A stretch of DNA of 64,000 nt from an uncultured virus (IMG/VR IMGVR_UViG_3300042549_007806) (taxonomy: Duplodnaviria; Heunggongvirae; Uroviricota; Caudoviricetes), in the IMG/VR virus record IMGVR_UViG_3300042549_007806; one strand, written 5' to 3'. Of this stretch, positions 21,149 through 29,697 are shown piece by piece; position 1 is the stretch's first letter; each line of letters opens with the position of its first letter. A program made the translations under genes and the position numbers. Under the pieces are notes generated by a model. The model was not told the origin of the DNA. It was given only the letters and a program-made list of their open reading frames with translations, and did no database searches.

Positions 21149-21913
21149 ATGAAATGTTTGACAATTAGTAGAGGTGAAGACGGGTTCGGATCGCAACTAT
21201 TTAGTATAATATCAGGTTTAGCATACTGCGACAAACACAAAATACCGTATAAACACTCCCCTATTCAAAACATAAAACTACTTAGTTCAAAAAATTTTCT
21301 TAACGAAGATTTAATTAGATCTAATGAGTTTGTATTTTCTATTATTAATAATATTGATATTTCTAAAACTGAGGATTTAGATTGTACGGTTAAACCATTC
21401 TGTCATGATTTAATTTATAATGAAGGTTCTGAAAATTATTTTACAGAAAACTTTTTAGAAAAAATTAAATCCTCACATACCTTTAACTTTGGAGGGGACC
21501 AAACCCGTACTATATCGATACACATCAGGCGTGGTGAAGATATTTTTGAGGAAGACAAACCTTATAGATGGATAGAAAGTGAAACATATCAAAAGTTGAT
21601 AGAATTTATTTTGGAAAAAGAATCTGATTGCAAAATAAAAATCTTCAGCTGGGGTGAGTCGGGAATCCAATTGAGTGACCCAAGAATTGAGTATTATACT
21701 TCTGATTCGGGTGGAAAATTTATGGGTGACTTTATAAAGATGGTGACTTCTGATATATTAATAGTGGGGTCAAGTACTTTTAGTATTTCTGCGGGATTTC
21801 TAAACAAGAACATGGTTTTATCACATACTAAATTAATGAAATTAAATAATACCCCCATACCAAGAATATGGGAAAATAACTTCAATACATATTTTAACGG
21901 TATTGATATATAA
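21149..21913 (+). CDS. Fucosyltransferase-superfamily glycosyltransferase
   Basis: DGFGSQL, IHIRRGED, SSTFS. Confidence 0.6.
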   Translation: MKCLTISRGEDGFGSQLFSIISGLAYCDKHKIPYKHSPIQNIKLLSSKNFLNEDLIRSNEFVFSIINNIDISKTEDLDCTVKPFCHDLIYNEGSENYFTENFLEKIKSSHTFNFGGDQTRTISIHIRRGEDIFEEDKPYRWIESETYQKLIEFILEKESDCKIKIFSWGESGIQLSDPRIEYYTSDSGGKFMGDFIKMVTSDILIVGSSTFSISAGFLNKNMVLSHTKLMKLNNTPIPRIWENNFNTYFNGIDI

Positions 21914-21932
21914 ACTTAATAAAAAACAAAAA

Positions 21933-22859
21933 ATGGGTAGGATATTAATTACAGGGTCTAATGGGTTAGTTGGTTCGGCATTAAGAAAACAACTAGGTGA
22001 CGATCATGTGTACCATACAAAAGAAGAGGTGGATCTTTTAGACTATAAAAAAACTCATGATTATTTTTCTTATCATGTAAAACATAGTAATGTGGATACA
22101 ATAATTCATTGTGCCGCAAAAGTCGGAGGTGTTCAAGCAAACCTATCCGATAATAAAGGATTTTTTATAGATAATTTCGTAATAAACAATAATGTGATGG
22201 AGACTTCATTTAGAAATGAAGTTCCCAACTTTGTGAATTTACTTTCGACTTGTATATTTCCTGAGAAAAACATAGAGTTTCCAATGAAACCTCAGGATGT
22301 TGACAAGGGTAAACCTCATCCATCAAACGAAGGTTATGCTTACGCTAAAAGATTAGCAGGATACGAAACAAACACTATTAAAAAGGTTCTTAAATCTAAT
22401 TGGGTTTCAGTTGTACCTACGAATGTATACGGAATACACGATAACTTCAACTTATTTGGTGGACATATGATTCCAGCTATGATCCATAGAGCGTATGAAT
22501 CAAAAAAAAATAAAGAAAAAATGATAATATGGGGCGATGGTTCACAATTAAGACAAGTAATTCATTCTGATGATTTAGCAAAATTAATTTTATGGTCATT
22601 AGATAATTGGAAAAGTGACTATCCCTTTATGGCGGTAAATCCGAATGAGCACTCAGTTTTGGAAATATCTAATTTAATTTGTGAAAACTTCAATATTTCG
22701 AAAGATGATATACTGTTTGATAACACAAAACCGACGGGTCAATTGAGGAAACCTGCAATTTCGGACGCACCTTCGAATTTTGAATTTACGACATTATCGG
22801 ATGGAATTAAAACAACAATAGATTGGTTTATTCAAAACTACGATAAATTAAGAAAATAA
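21933..22859 (+). CDS. GDP-fucose synthase / GDP-colitose synthase (ColC)-like epimerase-reductase
   Basis: GSNGLVG, AAKVGGV, LSTCIFP, YAYAKR, PTNVYG; ATG at 21933. Confidence 0.85.
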   Translation: MGRILITGSNGLVGSALRKQLGDDHVYHTKEEVDLLDYKKTHDYFSYHVKHSNVDTIIHCAAKVGGVQANLSDNKGFFIDNFVINNNVMETSFRNEVPNFVNLLSTCIFPEKNIEFPMKPQDVDKGKPHPSNEGYAYAKRLAGYETNTIKKVLKSNWVSVVPTNVYGIHDNFNLFGGHMIPAMIHRAYESKKNKEKMIIWGDGSQLRQVIHSDDLAKLILWSLDNWKSDYPFMAVNPNEHSVLEISNLICENFNISKDDILFDNTKPTGQLRKPAISDAPSNFEFTTLSDGIKTTIDWFIQNYDKLRK

Positions 22860-22865
22860 GACATT

Positions 22866-24020
22866 ATGAGTATAAAATTAGTAAGTGACACTATCAATAA
22901 AGAAGATATAAATTCTTTAATTGAGTGGTTAGGACAAGACGAGATTCCGAGACTAACAAAAGGAGATCTAACTTGGGAATTAGAATCTAAATGGGCGAAA
23001 AAAATAGGAACCAAATATTCGGTTTATCTTAATTCAGGTTCCTCCGCAATTCTTTTAGCGTTAGCGGCTTTACAACACACCAACAAATTAAAAAATAATA
23101 AAGTAATTGTACCAGGGTTAAGTTGGGCAACCGATGTTAGTTCACCTATGATATTAGGTATGGAACCAATTTTATGTGATTGTAATCTTGAGGATCTTTC
23201 TTGTGATTTAGATCACTTGGAAAAATTGTTTATTCAACATAACCCATCTACATTCATTTTAGTCTCACCATTAGGTTTAGTTCCTGATATGAAAAAAGTT
23301 CTTGACCTATGTGAGAAATACAATGTGATCCTACTGGAGGATGTATGCGAGAGCATGGGATCAAAGTATAATGAAAAATACCTCGGGTCTTTTGGCTTTG
23401 CATCATTTTTTTCGATGTATTTTGGACATCATTTAAGTACAATAGAGGGTGGGTTTATTAATACGGACGACGAAGATTTTTATTATTCATTATTGATGAT
23501 GAGAAGTCATGGTTGGGATAGAGACCTACCAAAAAGAATCCAAAATAAATTACGAAACGAAAATAAAATTAGCGAATTTGATTCACTATATACATTTTAT
23601 TTACCAGGATTTAATCTAAGATCAACGGATCTACAAGCGTTTATTGGGTTAAGAGCAATAGATAAATTAGATGACTATACTGAAAAAAGGAACAAAAATT
23701 TTCAATTGTATAAATCTTCAATAAATGTCAACCAACTGAATATAACAGATAGACCAACAGACTTTATTTCTAATTTTGCATATCCCATTGTAAATAAAAA
23801 TAGATTAAAAATCATCGAAAAACTTATTAAGGATAATATTGAAGTTAGGCCTTTAATTGCTGGTGATATGTCAAAAAAACCTATGTGGATTAAAAATTAT
23901 GGTGAGGTTAATTTACCTAATTGTCAATTGATCAATGAGTATGGGTTTTATATACCAAACCATCAGGATCTAACATCAGAACAAATAAATTTAATTTCAA
24001 ACATAGTAAATAATGAGTAA
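22866..24020 (+). CDS. colD: GDP-4-keto-6-deoxymannose 3-dehydratase (ColD-like, DegT fold)
   Basis: NSGSSA, EDVCESMG, YFGHHLSTIEGG (His in place of the PLP Lys), RSHGW, GFNLR. Confidence 0.75.
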   Translation: MSIKLVSDTINKEDINSLIEWLGQDEIPRLTKGDLTWELESKWAKKIGTKYSVYLNSGSSAILLALAALQHTNKLKNNKVIVPGLSWATDVSSPMILGMEPILCDCNLEDLSCDLDHLEKLFIQHNPSTFILVSPLGLVPDMKKVLDLCEKYNVILLEDVCESMGSKYNEKYLGSFGFASFFSMYFGHHLSTIEGGFINTDDEDFYYSLLMMRSHGWDRDLPKRIQNKLRNENKISEFDSLYTFYLPGFNLRSTDLQAFIGLRAIDKLDDYTEKRNKNFQLYKSSINVNQLNITDRPTDFISNFAYPIVNKNRLKIIEKLIKDNIEVRPLIAGDMSKKPMWIKNYGEVNLPNCQLINEYGFYIPNHQDLTSEQINLISNIVNNE

Positions 24021-24993
24021 AAAGATTGCATTAATAACAGGTATAAATGGTCAGGACGGATCTTACTTATCTGAGTTATTATTAGAAAAAGGATATGAAG
24101 TGCATGGCACATTAAAAAGAAACTCTGTTTCTGAAAATCAAACTTCTCGTTTGGATAATGTATTTGACAAATTAATATTGCATTACGCAGACTTAACGGA
24201 TTTATCATCACTAATAAGAGTTATTAGTGAAATTAAACCCGATGAGGTTTATAATTTAGCAGCACAATCGCATGTTAGAATTTCTTTCGATCAACCGATA
24301 TACACTGCAAATGTTACGGGGTTAGGTACTCTGAATATTTTAGAAGCGGTTAAACTTGTAAATCCTGAAATTAAAATTTATCAAGCATCTTCATCCGAGA
24401 TGTTCGGTAATTCAATAGATAAGGATGGACTTCAAAGAGAAACAACACCGATGAATCCAGTTTCACCTTATGGTTGTGCCAAAGTATTCTCATATAATAT
24501 TTGTAGAAATTATAGAAACGCATATAACATGAAAATATGGAATGGTATTTTATTTAACCATGAGTCACCAAGAAGAGGTACAAATTTTGTAACAAATAAA
24601 GTGGTTAAGGCGGCAGTTAGAATCAGTTTAGGTCTACAAGAAAAATTACACATAGGTAATTTAGAAGCATCCAGAGATTGGGGTCATGCTAAAGATTATG
24701 TTGAAGCTATGTGGTTAATGTTACAATCGGACAACCCTAATGATTATGTGTGTGCGACAGGAGTTTCACACACGGTAAAAGATTTATGTGAGTATACCTT
24801 TAGTACTTTAGGTTTAGAATATAAAGATTATGTTGTTATTGACGAGAAACACTTTAGGCCCGAAGAACTTGAAAATCTTAAGGGGGACTCTTCAAAATTA
24901 ACAAATGATTTAGGTTGGAAACCAAAATACACTTTTGAATCTATGTTAGATGAAATGATTGAGTATTGGTTAAACTACTATAAAAACAAATAA
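24013..24993 (+). CDS. gmd: GDP-mannose 4,6-dehydratase
   Basis: ITGINGQDGSYL, LAAQSHV, QASSSEMFG, SPYGCAK, FNHESPRRG, RDWGHAKDYV. Confidence 0.95.
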   Translation: MSKKIALITGINGQDGSYLSELLLEKGYEVHGTLKRNSVSENQTSRLDNVFDKLILHYADLTDLSSLIRVISEIKPDEVYNLAAQSHVRISFDQPIYTANVTGLGTLNILEAVKLVNPEIKIYQASSSEMFGNSIDKDGLQRETTPMNPVSPYGCAKVFSYNICRNYRNAYNMKIWNGILFNHESPRRGTNFVTNKVVKAAVRISLGLQEKLHIGNLEASRDWGHAKDYVEAMWLMLQSDNPNDYVCATGVSHTVKDLCEYTFSTLGLEYKDYVVIDEKHFRPEELENLKGDSSKLTNDLGWKPKYTFESMLDEMIEYWLNYYKNK

Positions 24994-25000
24994 TAAATAA

Positions 25001-25741
25001 ATGACAAGAAAAAGAACAATCCAAACACCTGAGGAATCATTAATTCCAAAAACTATATCAAAAAAAGATTTTATTAATTCAGTCATTAAAAGAAAACAAA
25101 AAAATAAATTTTTATCAGATAACCAAAAAGAGTATTACGATATCTTAATTAATAACCAAATCACCATATGTTCAGGACCTGCAGGTGTTGGTAAAAGCTA
25201 TATTTCCATGAGGGCGGCAGTTGACTTACTTATGGACCCAAATAACTCTTATGAAAAGATAATCATTGTAAGACCCGCAGTTGAAGCTGAGGAAAAATTA
25301 GGTTCTCTACCTGGAAACTTAGAAGAAAAGTTAGACCCGTACATTTTTCCATCCTACTATCTACTTAATAAGATCATAGGAAAAGAGGCTAGAGAAAAAT
25401 TAAAAGAATCTGAAATTATTGAGGTATTCGCTTTAGCATATATGAGGGGAATGAATATCGATAACTCGATTTTAATTTTTGAAGAGGCCCAAAACGCAAC
25501 ACCTAATCAAATGAAACTACTATTGACAAGAATCGGGTTTAATAGTAAATTTTTTATATCGGGAGATTTAGAACAGACTGATAGGTATAAAGATAAAAAA
25601 CAATCCGGATTGTACGACGCATTACAACGATTTCAAAATATTAACGATGTCGGCGTGTATGATTTCAGAAACGCTAAAAATGTGAGAAATCCACTTATTA
25701 GTAAAATATTAGAAAAATATGACGAAGAGAGTAGGAATTGA
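25001..25741 (+). CDS. phoH: PhoH-family ATPase
   Basis: GPAGVGKS, RPAVEAEEKLGSLPG, AYMRG, EAQN, GDLEQTD. Confidence 0.93.
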   Translation: MTRKRTIQTPEESLIPKTISKKDFINSVIKRKQKNKFLSDNQKEYYDILINNQITICSGPAGVGKSYISMRAAVDLLMDPNNSYEKIIIVRPAVEAEEKLGSLPGNLEEKLDPYIFPSYYLLNKIIGKEAREKLKESEIIEVFALAYMRGMNIDNSILIFEEAQNATPNQMKLLLTRIGFNSKFFISGDLEQTDRYKDKKQSGLYDALQRFQNINDVGVYDFRNAKNVRNPLISKILEKYDEESRN

Positions 25742-26378
25742 GGTTAACGGTGTATTAAGAGATACTTTAGGAAAGTTTACGCAACTGTATGAGAAACATT
25801 TTATAGAGGAGCAAGACTCAGAATCATTAGGTAAAACTTTTGATTTGGACATGTCCGGTAACACTTTTGAACATAATGAAGAAAATGAATTTAAGTATGA
25901 AATATTATCAGATGTAACCAGTCTAAATTTAATGGACCATTTTAAATTTAAAAATAACGATGAACTTTATAGTTTCATGTATGAAGATTTTGTAATGCAA
26001 ATATTTGGTCACGCCGGATCATCAGAAACATTTACTTTTAATGAGTTAAATAATCTTTATCTTGACCACCGTGATTCATGTGATGTGATCATAATCTCAG
26101 ATGAAATAGGGAGGTCTAAACCAGCGACATTATTTTTTTTATCAAAATTCGGGTCATTAGTTGAATCGGTAATATTCTATTCCATGTCAACCAAAAACAG
26201 ATTGTGGGATAATGTCGATGTGTTACTGACATCAAATCCTGAAAATATAACAAATGCTCCGTCAGATAAAATAGTTGTAAAATATATTACAGAATATAAT
26301 AAATCAGTTAAGTGTAACTACGAGATTTCGTCTTTAGGTGAATTTGACGAATTACTAAAAAAATTAAAATTATGTTAG
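25719..26378 (+). CDS. Degenerate HAD/5'(3')-nucleotidase-like protein
   Basis: RVGIEVNGVLRD resembles IDxDGVL with both Asp residues substituted. Confidence 0.5.
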   Translation: MTKRVGIEVNGVLRDTLGKFTQLYEKHFIEEQDSESLGKTFDLDMSGNTFEHNEENEFKYEILSDVTSLNLMDHFKFKNNDELYSFMYEDFVMQIFGHAGSSETFTFNELNNLYLDHRDSCDVIIISDEIGRSKPATLFFLSKFGSLVESVIFYSMSTKNRLWDNVDVLLTSNPENITNAPSDKIVVKYITEYNKSVKCNYEISSLGEFDELLKKLKLC

Positions 26379-26680
26379 ATTTTTTAGGAGAAAAATACTA
26401 TATAGACATTGATGAATTAGAACATCAAGTTAGTATGACTAAATCCAAAATACCTTTACCTAAAAAAGGTAAAAAAGAGACTGAAGAAAAATCAGAGGAA
26501 CCTGAACAACAAATAAGTGTTACAAGATACGACACATTCAAATTTTTAATTGAGGTCGTTTTGACTGAAAGAGAGGAAATGGATGAGAATTTAGGTATTC
26601 ATAGTGCTAAAAATTTATCTTTACCATTTAAATTTGCATTTAATACATTATTAATGAATAAAATAATAAAACATTTATAA
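26372..26680 (+). CDS. Hypothetical protein
   Basis: 102 aa, operon-packed. Confidence 0.55.
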   Translation: MLDFLGEKYYIDIDELEHQVSMTKSKIPLPKKGKKETEEKSEEPEQQISVTRYDTFKFLIEVVLTEREEMDENLGIHSAKNLSLPFKFAFNTLLMNKIIKHL

Positions 26681-26683
26681 AAC

Positions 26684-27748
26684 ATGGAATTAGAAAAAAT
26701 ACAAAAGGTTGAGGGTTCGATTGAGAACCTTAAATCAAGAAAATCGAGAATCTACTTTATGGTGCAAGACACCAAAGGAAATCCAAAGGCATCTGTTAGA
26801 TATATTTACGACATAGCACTAACTTTATTAAAAAATGGATTCAACCCTACAATTATTCACGAAACTACAGATTATACAGGTGTATCAGAATGGTTAGATG
26901 AAGAATACATGAAAATTCCACATCTTCCGATAGACGGTCAAAACTTAGCAATTTCACCTGAAGATTTTATTGTTATACCTGAACTATACTCACATGTGAT
27001 GGAACAAATAAAAAATTTCCCATGTGCTAAAATTGTTTTGTGTCAAGCATATGACTATATGTTAGAGACATTATCGCCAGGTACGACATGGTCCCAATAC
27101 GGGTTTACTAAATGTATCACAACATCAGATTTCCAAAAAAAATACATTTCAGAAATTATGAGATCAGGTAGTTTTGATGTATTAAATGTAAATATTCCTT
27201 CAGTTTTCAAGAAAAAAGAAAGACCGTCAAAACCAATTATCGCAATCCACACCAGAGAACCAAGAGACACTGCAAAAATAATAAAAAGTTTTTACCTTAA
27301 ATATCCACAATTTAGATGGATCACATTTAGAGATATGAGAGGAATAAAACAAGATGATTTCGCAACCTTTTTACAAGAATCGTATCTTTCCATTTGGGTT
27401 GATAATGAAAGTGGGTTTGGTACATTCCCTTTAGAGTCTATGATTTCAGGAACCCCTGTAATTGGAAAAATCCCTAATTTAAAACCTACATGGATGACTG
27501 AAGAAAACGGGTTATGGGTTAATAATTACAATGAGATTATTGATGTTGTTGCAAACTTTACTCAAAATTGGTTAGAGGATAATATATCAGAAACTCTTCA
27601 TGTTAATATGTCATTAACAGGAGAAGAATACCAAGACCAAGATAAATTCGAATCATCTGTTGTTGAATTATTTGATGGGTATTTAAAAACCAGATCTCAA
27701 ATCTTTGAAGAACAATTAGAAAAAATAAAAGTATCAGAAAATAATTAA
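26684..27748 (+). CDS. GT-B (GT4-like) glycosyltransferase
   Basis: IVIPE, ESGFGTFPLESMISGTPVIG. Confidence 0.7.
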   Translation: MELEKIQKVEGSIENLKSRKSRIYFMVQDTKGNPKASVRYIYDIALTLLKNGFNPTIIHETTDYTGVSEWLDEEYMKIPHLPIDGQNLAISPEDFIVIPELYSHVMEQIKNFPCAKIVLCQAYDYMLETLSPGTTWSQYGFTKCITTSDFQKKYISEIMRSGSFDVLNVNIPSVFKKKERPSKPIIAIHTREPRDTAKIIKSFYLKYPQFRWITFRDMRGIKQDDFATFLQESYLSIWVDNESGFGTFPLESMISGTPVIGKIPNLKPTWMTEENGLWVNNYNEIIDVVANFTQNWLEDNISETLHVNMSLTGEEYQDQDKFESSVVELFDGYLKTRSQIFEEQLEKIKVSENN

Positions 27749-27750
27749 TT

Positions 27751-28563
27751 ATGGAAAAAAATAAATTTGATGTTTCGGTAATCTTACCAGTAAATACATC
27801 TATGACAAAAGATTTTGAAGACTTATTCAGTAAGTCAGTTAAATCAGTAGAAAACCAAATTATTGGTATAACTGAATTAATCGTAGTACACTCAACCGAA
27901 GAAAAATTAAAGTCGTTTTTACAATCATATGATTTTAATGGTATTAATGTAAAATTAGTAGAGAACAATGGTTCATTTGATTTTGCATCTCAGGTAAATT
28001 TAGGAGTTAATGAATCGAACGGTGAATGGGTTTCTATTTTAGAGTTTGATGATGAGTATTCCTCAATATGGTTTAAAAGTGTAGATAGATATGTAAAATC
28101 ATATGGTAATGAGGTTGATGCGTATCTTCCGTTGGTTATTGATATTGACGATAAAGGGGTGTTCGCAGGGTTTACTAATGAAGCAACTTTCGCAGTAAGC
28201 ATGAATTCGGAAATGGGAATCCTTAGTAACGACTTATTAATGACATACCAAAACTTCCAATCAAGTGGTATGGTTATAAGAAAAAATACTTTTAATGAAA
28301 ATGGTGGTTTCAAACCTTCAATTAAGTTAACTTTTGTATATGAGTTCCTTTTAAGATTGACATACAACTCAGCTAAAATAATGACAATTCCAAGAATTGG
28401 TTACAAACATATGAACATGAGAGAAGGGTCTATTTTTTGGAATTACAAATATGGTCAACCTAGTCTGACTGAGAACGAAATTAAATTTTGGTTAGAGTCG
28501 GCAAAGAAAGAACATTTTTTCACTTCTGATAGAGAAATAAAATATGTATCAGAAACGGTTTAA
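27751..28563 (+). CDS. GT2 glycosyltransferase
   Basis: VSVILPV, VNLGV, ILEFDD, ENGGF. Confidence 0.7.
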   Translation: MEKNKFDVSVILPVNTSMTKDFEDLFSKSVKSVENQIIGITELIVVHSTEEKLKSFLQSYDFNGINVKLVENNGSFDFASQVNLGVNESNGEWVSILEFDDEYSSIWFKSVDRYVKSYGNEVDAYLPLVIDIDDKGVFAGFTNEATFAVSMNSEMGILSNDLLMTYQNFQSSGMVIRKNTFNENGGFKPSIKLTFVYEFLLRLTYNSAKIMTIPRIGYKHMNMREGSIFWNYKYGQPSLTENEIKFWLESAKKEHFFTSDREIKYVSETV

Positions 28564-29306
28564 TGTCATTAGGTGTTGAATCAATCAATCCACAAGACGA
28601 AAAGCAAAAGACGAAAGCAAAAAATAAAAATTATTTTGATGTTCGTGAAGAAGAAGCGGTTAAAAATTATATAGTTGCCGAAACTTACGAGGAAAAAGAA
28701 AAAATATATAATACATACCTTCGTGAACCACTCGACAAAATGATCGAGTCTATTATACGAAGGTATAAATTATATAGAAAAGACATGGATTATAATGATG
28801 TACATAGTGATACTCATTCATTTTTAATGACCAAAGTGGATAAATTCAAACCCGCTAAAAATAAAAAAGCATATTCATATTTTGGTACGATTTGTAAAAA
28901 TTATCTAATGGGCCAAATTTTAAAAGACCAAAAAGAAACCAATCGTAAAATTTCATATGAAGACATTTCCTCAACTTTAGAAAATAGACCCGATATGGTT
29001 TATTACATGGAGTTTGAAAAAATAGACGCCGAAAAAATTATAGCGATCTTTTTAAAAGACCTCAAATTATATGTATCAACAAATGTTGATAATGAGAACG
29101 AACTAAAATTAGGGTACGCTCTAATAGAGCTTTTTGATAATTATGGGAATATTTTTATTGGTAATGATAACAATAAATTTAATAAAAATATAGTGTTGCT
29201 GTCGTTAAGAGAAATGACAAATTTGAACACAAAAGAGATTAGAATTTACTTGAAAAAATTCAAAGTTTTATACTTAGAGACACTGAAAAAGATTCATAAT
29301 GAATAA
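28563..29306 (+). CDS. Phage late sigma factor, T4 gp55-like
   Basis: KNYFD...KMIESIIRRY...KFKPAKNKKAYSYFGTICKNYL resembles the gp55 region-2 pattern; sits just before structural genes. Confidence 0.65.
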   Translation: MSLGVESINPQDEKQKTKAKNKNYFDVREEEAVKNYIVAETYEEKEKIYNTYLREPLDKMIESIIRRYKLYRKDMDYNDVHSDTHSFLMTKVDKFKPAKNKKAYSYFGTICKNYLMGQILKDQKETNRKISYEDISSTLENRPDMVYYMEFEKIDAEKIIAIFLKDLKLYVSTNVDNENELKLGYALIELFDNYGNIFIGNDNNKFNKNIVLLSLREMTNLNTKEIRIYLKKFKVLYLETLKKIHNE

Positions 29307-29329
29307 TTAAGTTAATAATATTTATTATT

Positions 29330-29695
29330 ATGAACAGACAAAGAAAAAAAGAAATACTACTCAACAAAGACTCCGTTTTGGGGTTAATGCAAGAAATCTA
29401 TAACGAATTAGTTGAGCAAAGATCTACAGCGATAAGAATACAAAATAAAATGTTAGGTCTTTTGAAAGACGCCGAAGACATGACAGTAATTGGACCGGTT
29501 ATCAAAGAACAACAAAAAATAATTAATGATACCATAGAAAAGAAATTGTCTTTGTCAAAATTACAATCATCTATATGGGAAAAGTCAAACAATAGTAAAG
29601 AAGATTCATTCACATTATCAGACATGGATGAAGACACTTTACAAACTCTTATATCAAAAGATGTAAGTAAAGATTCTGATAAGTACAAACTTTAA
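29330..29695 (+). CDS. Hypothetical coiled-coil late protein
   Basis: 121 aa; TATTTAT 4 nt before ATG. Confidence 0.55.
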   Translation: MNRQRKKEILLNKDSVLGLMQEIYNELVEQRSTAIRIQNKMLGLLKDAEDMTVIGPVIKEQQKIINDTIEKKLSLSKLQSSIWEKSNNSKEDSFTLSDMDEDTLQTLISKDVSKDSDKYKL

Positions 29696-29697
29696 TA

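Noticed and set aside
22866..24020. Perosamine synthase-type aminotransferase
   Set aside because: The Schiff-base Lys position is His (GHH), as in ColD
10077..24993. Bacterial chromosomal O-antigen locus or chimeric assembly
   Set aside because: Continuous tightly overlapping operon with phage dUTPase, PhoH and sigma; no wzx/wzy, integrase or junction seen
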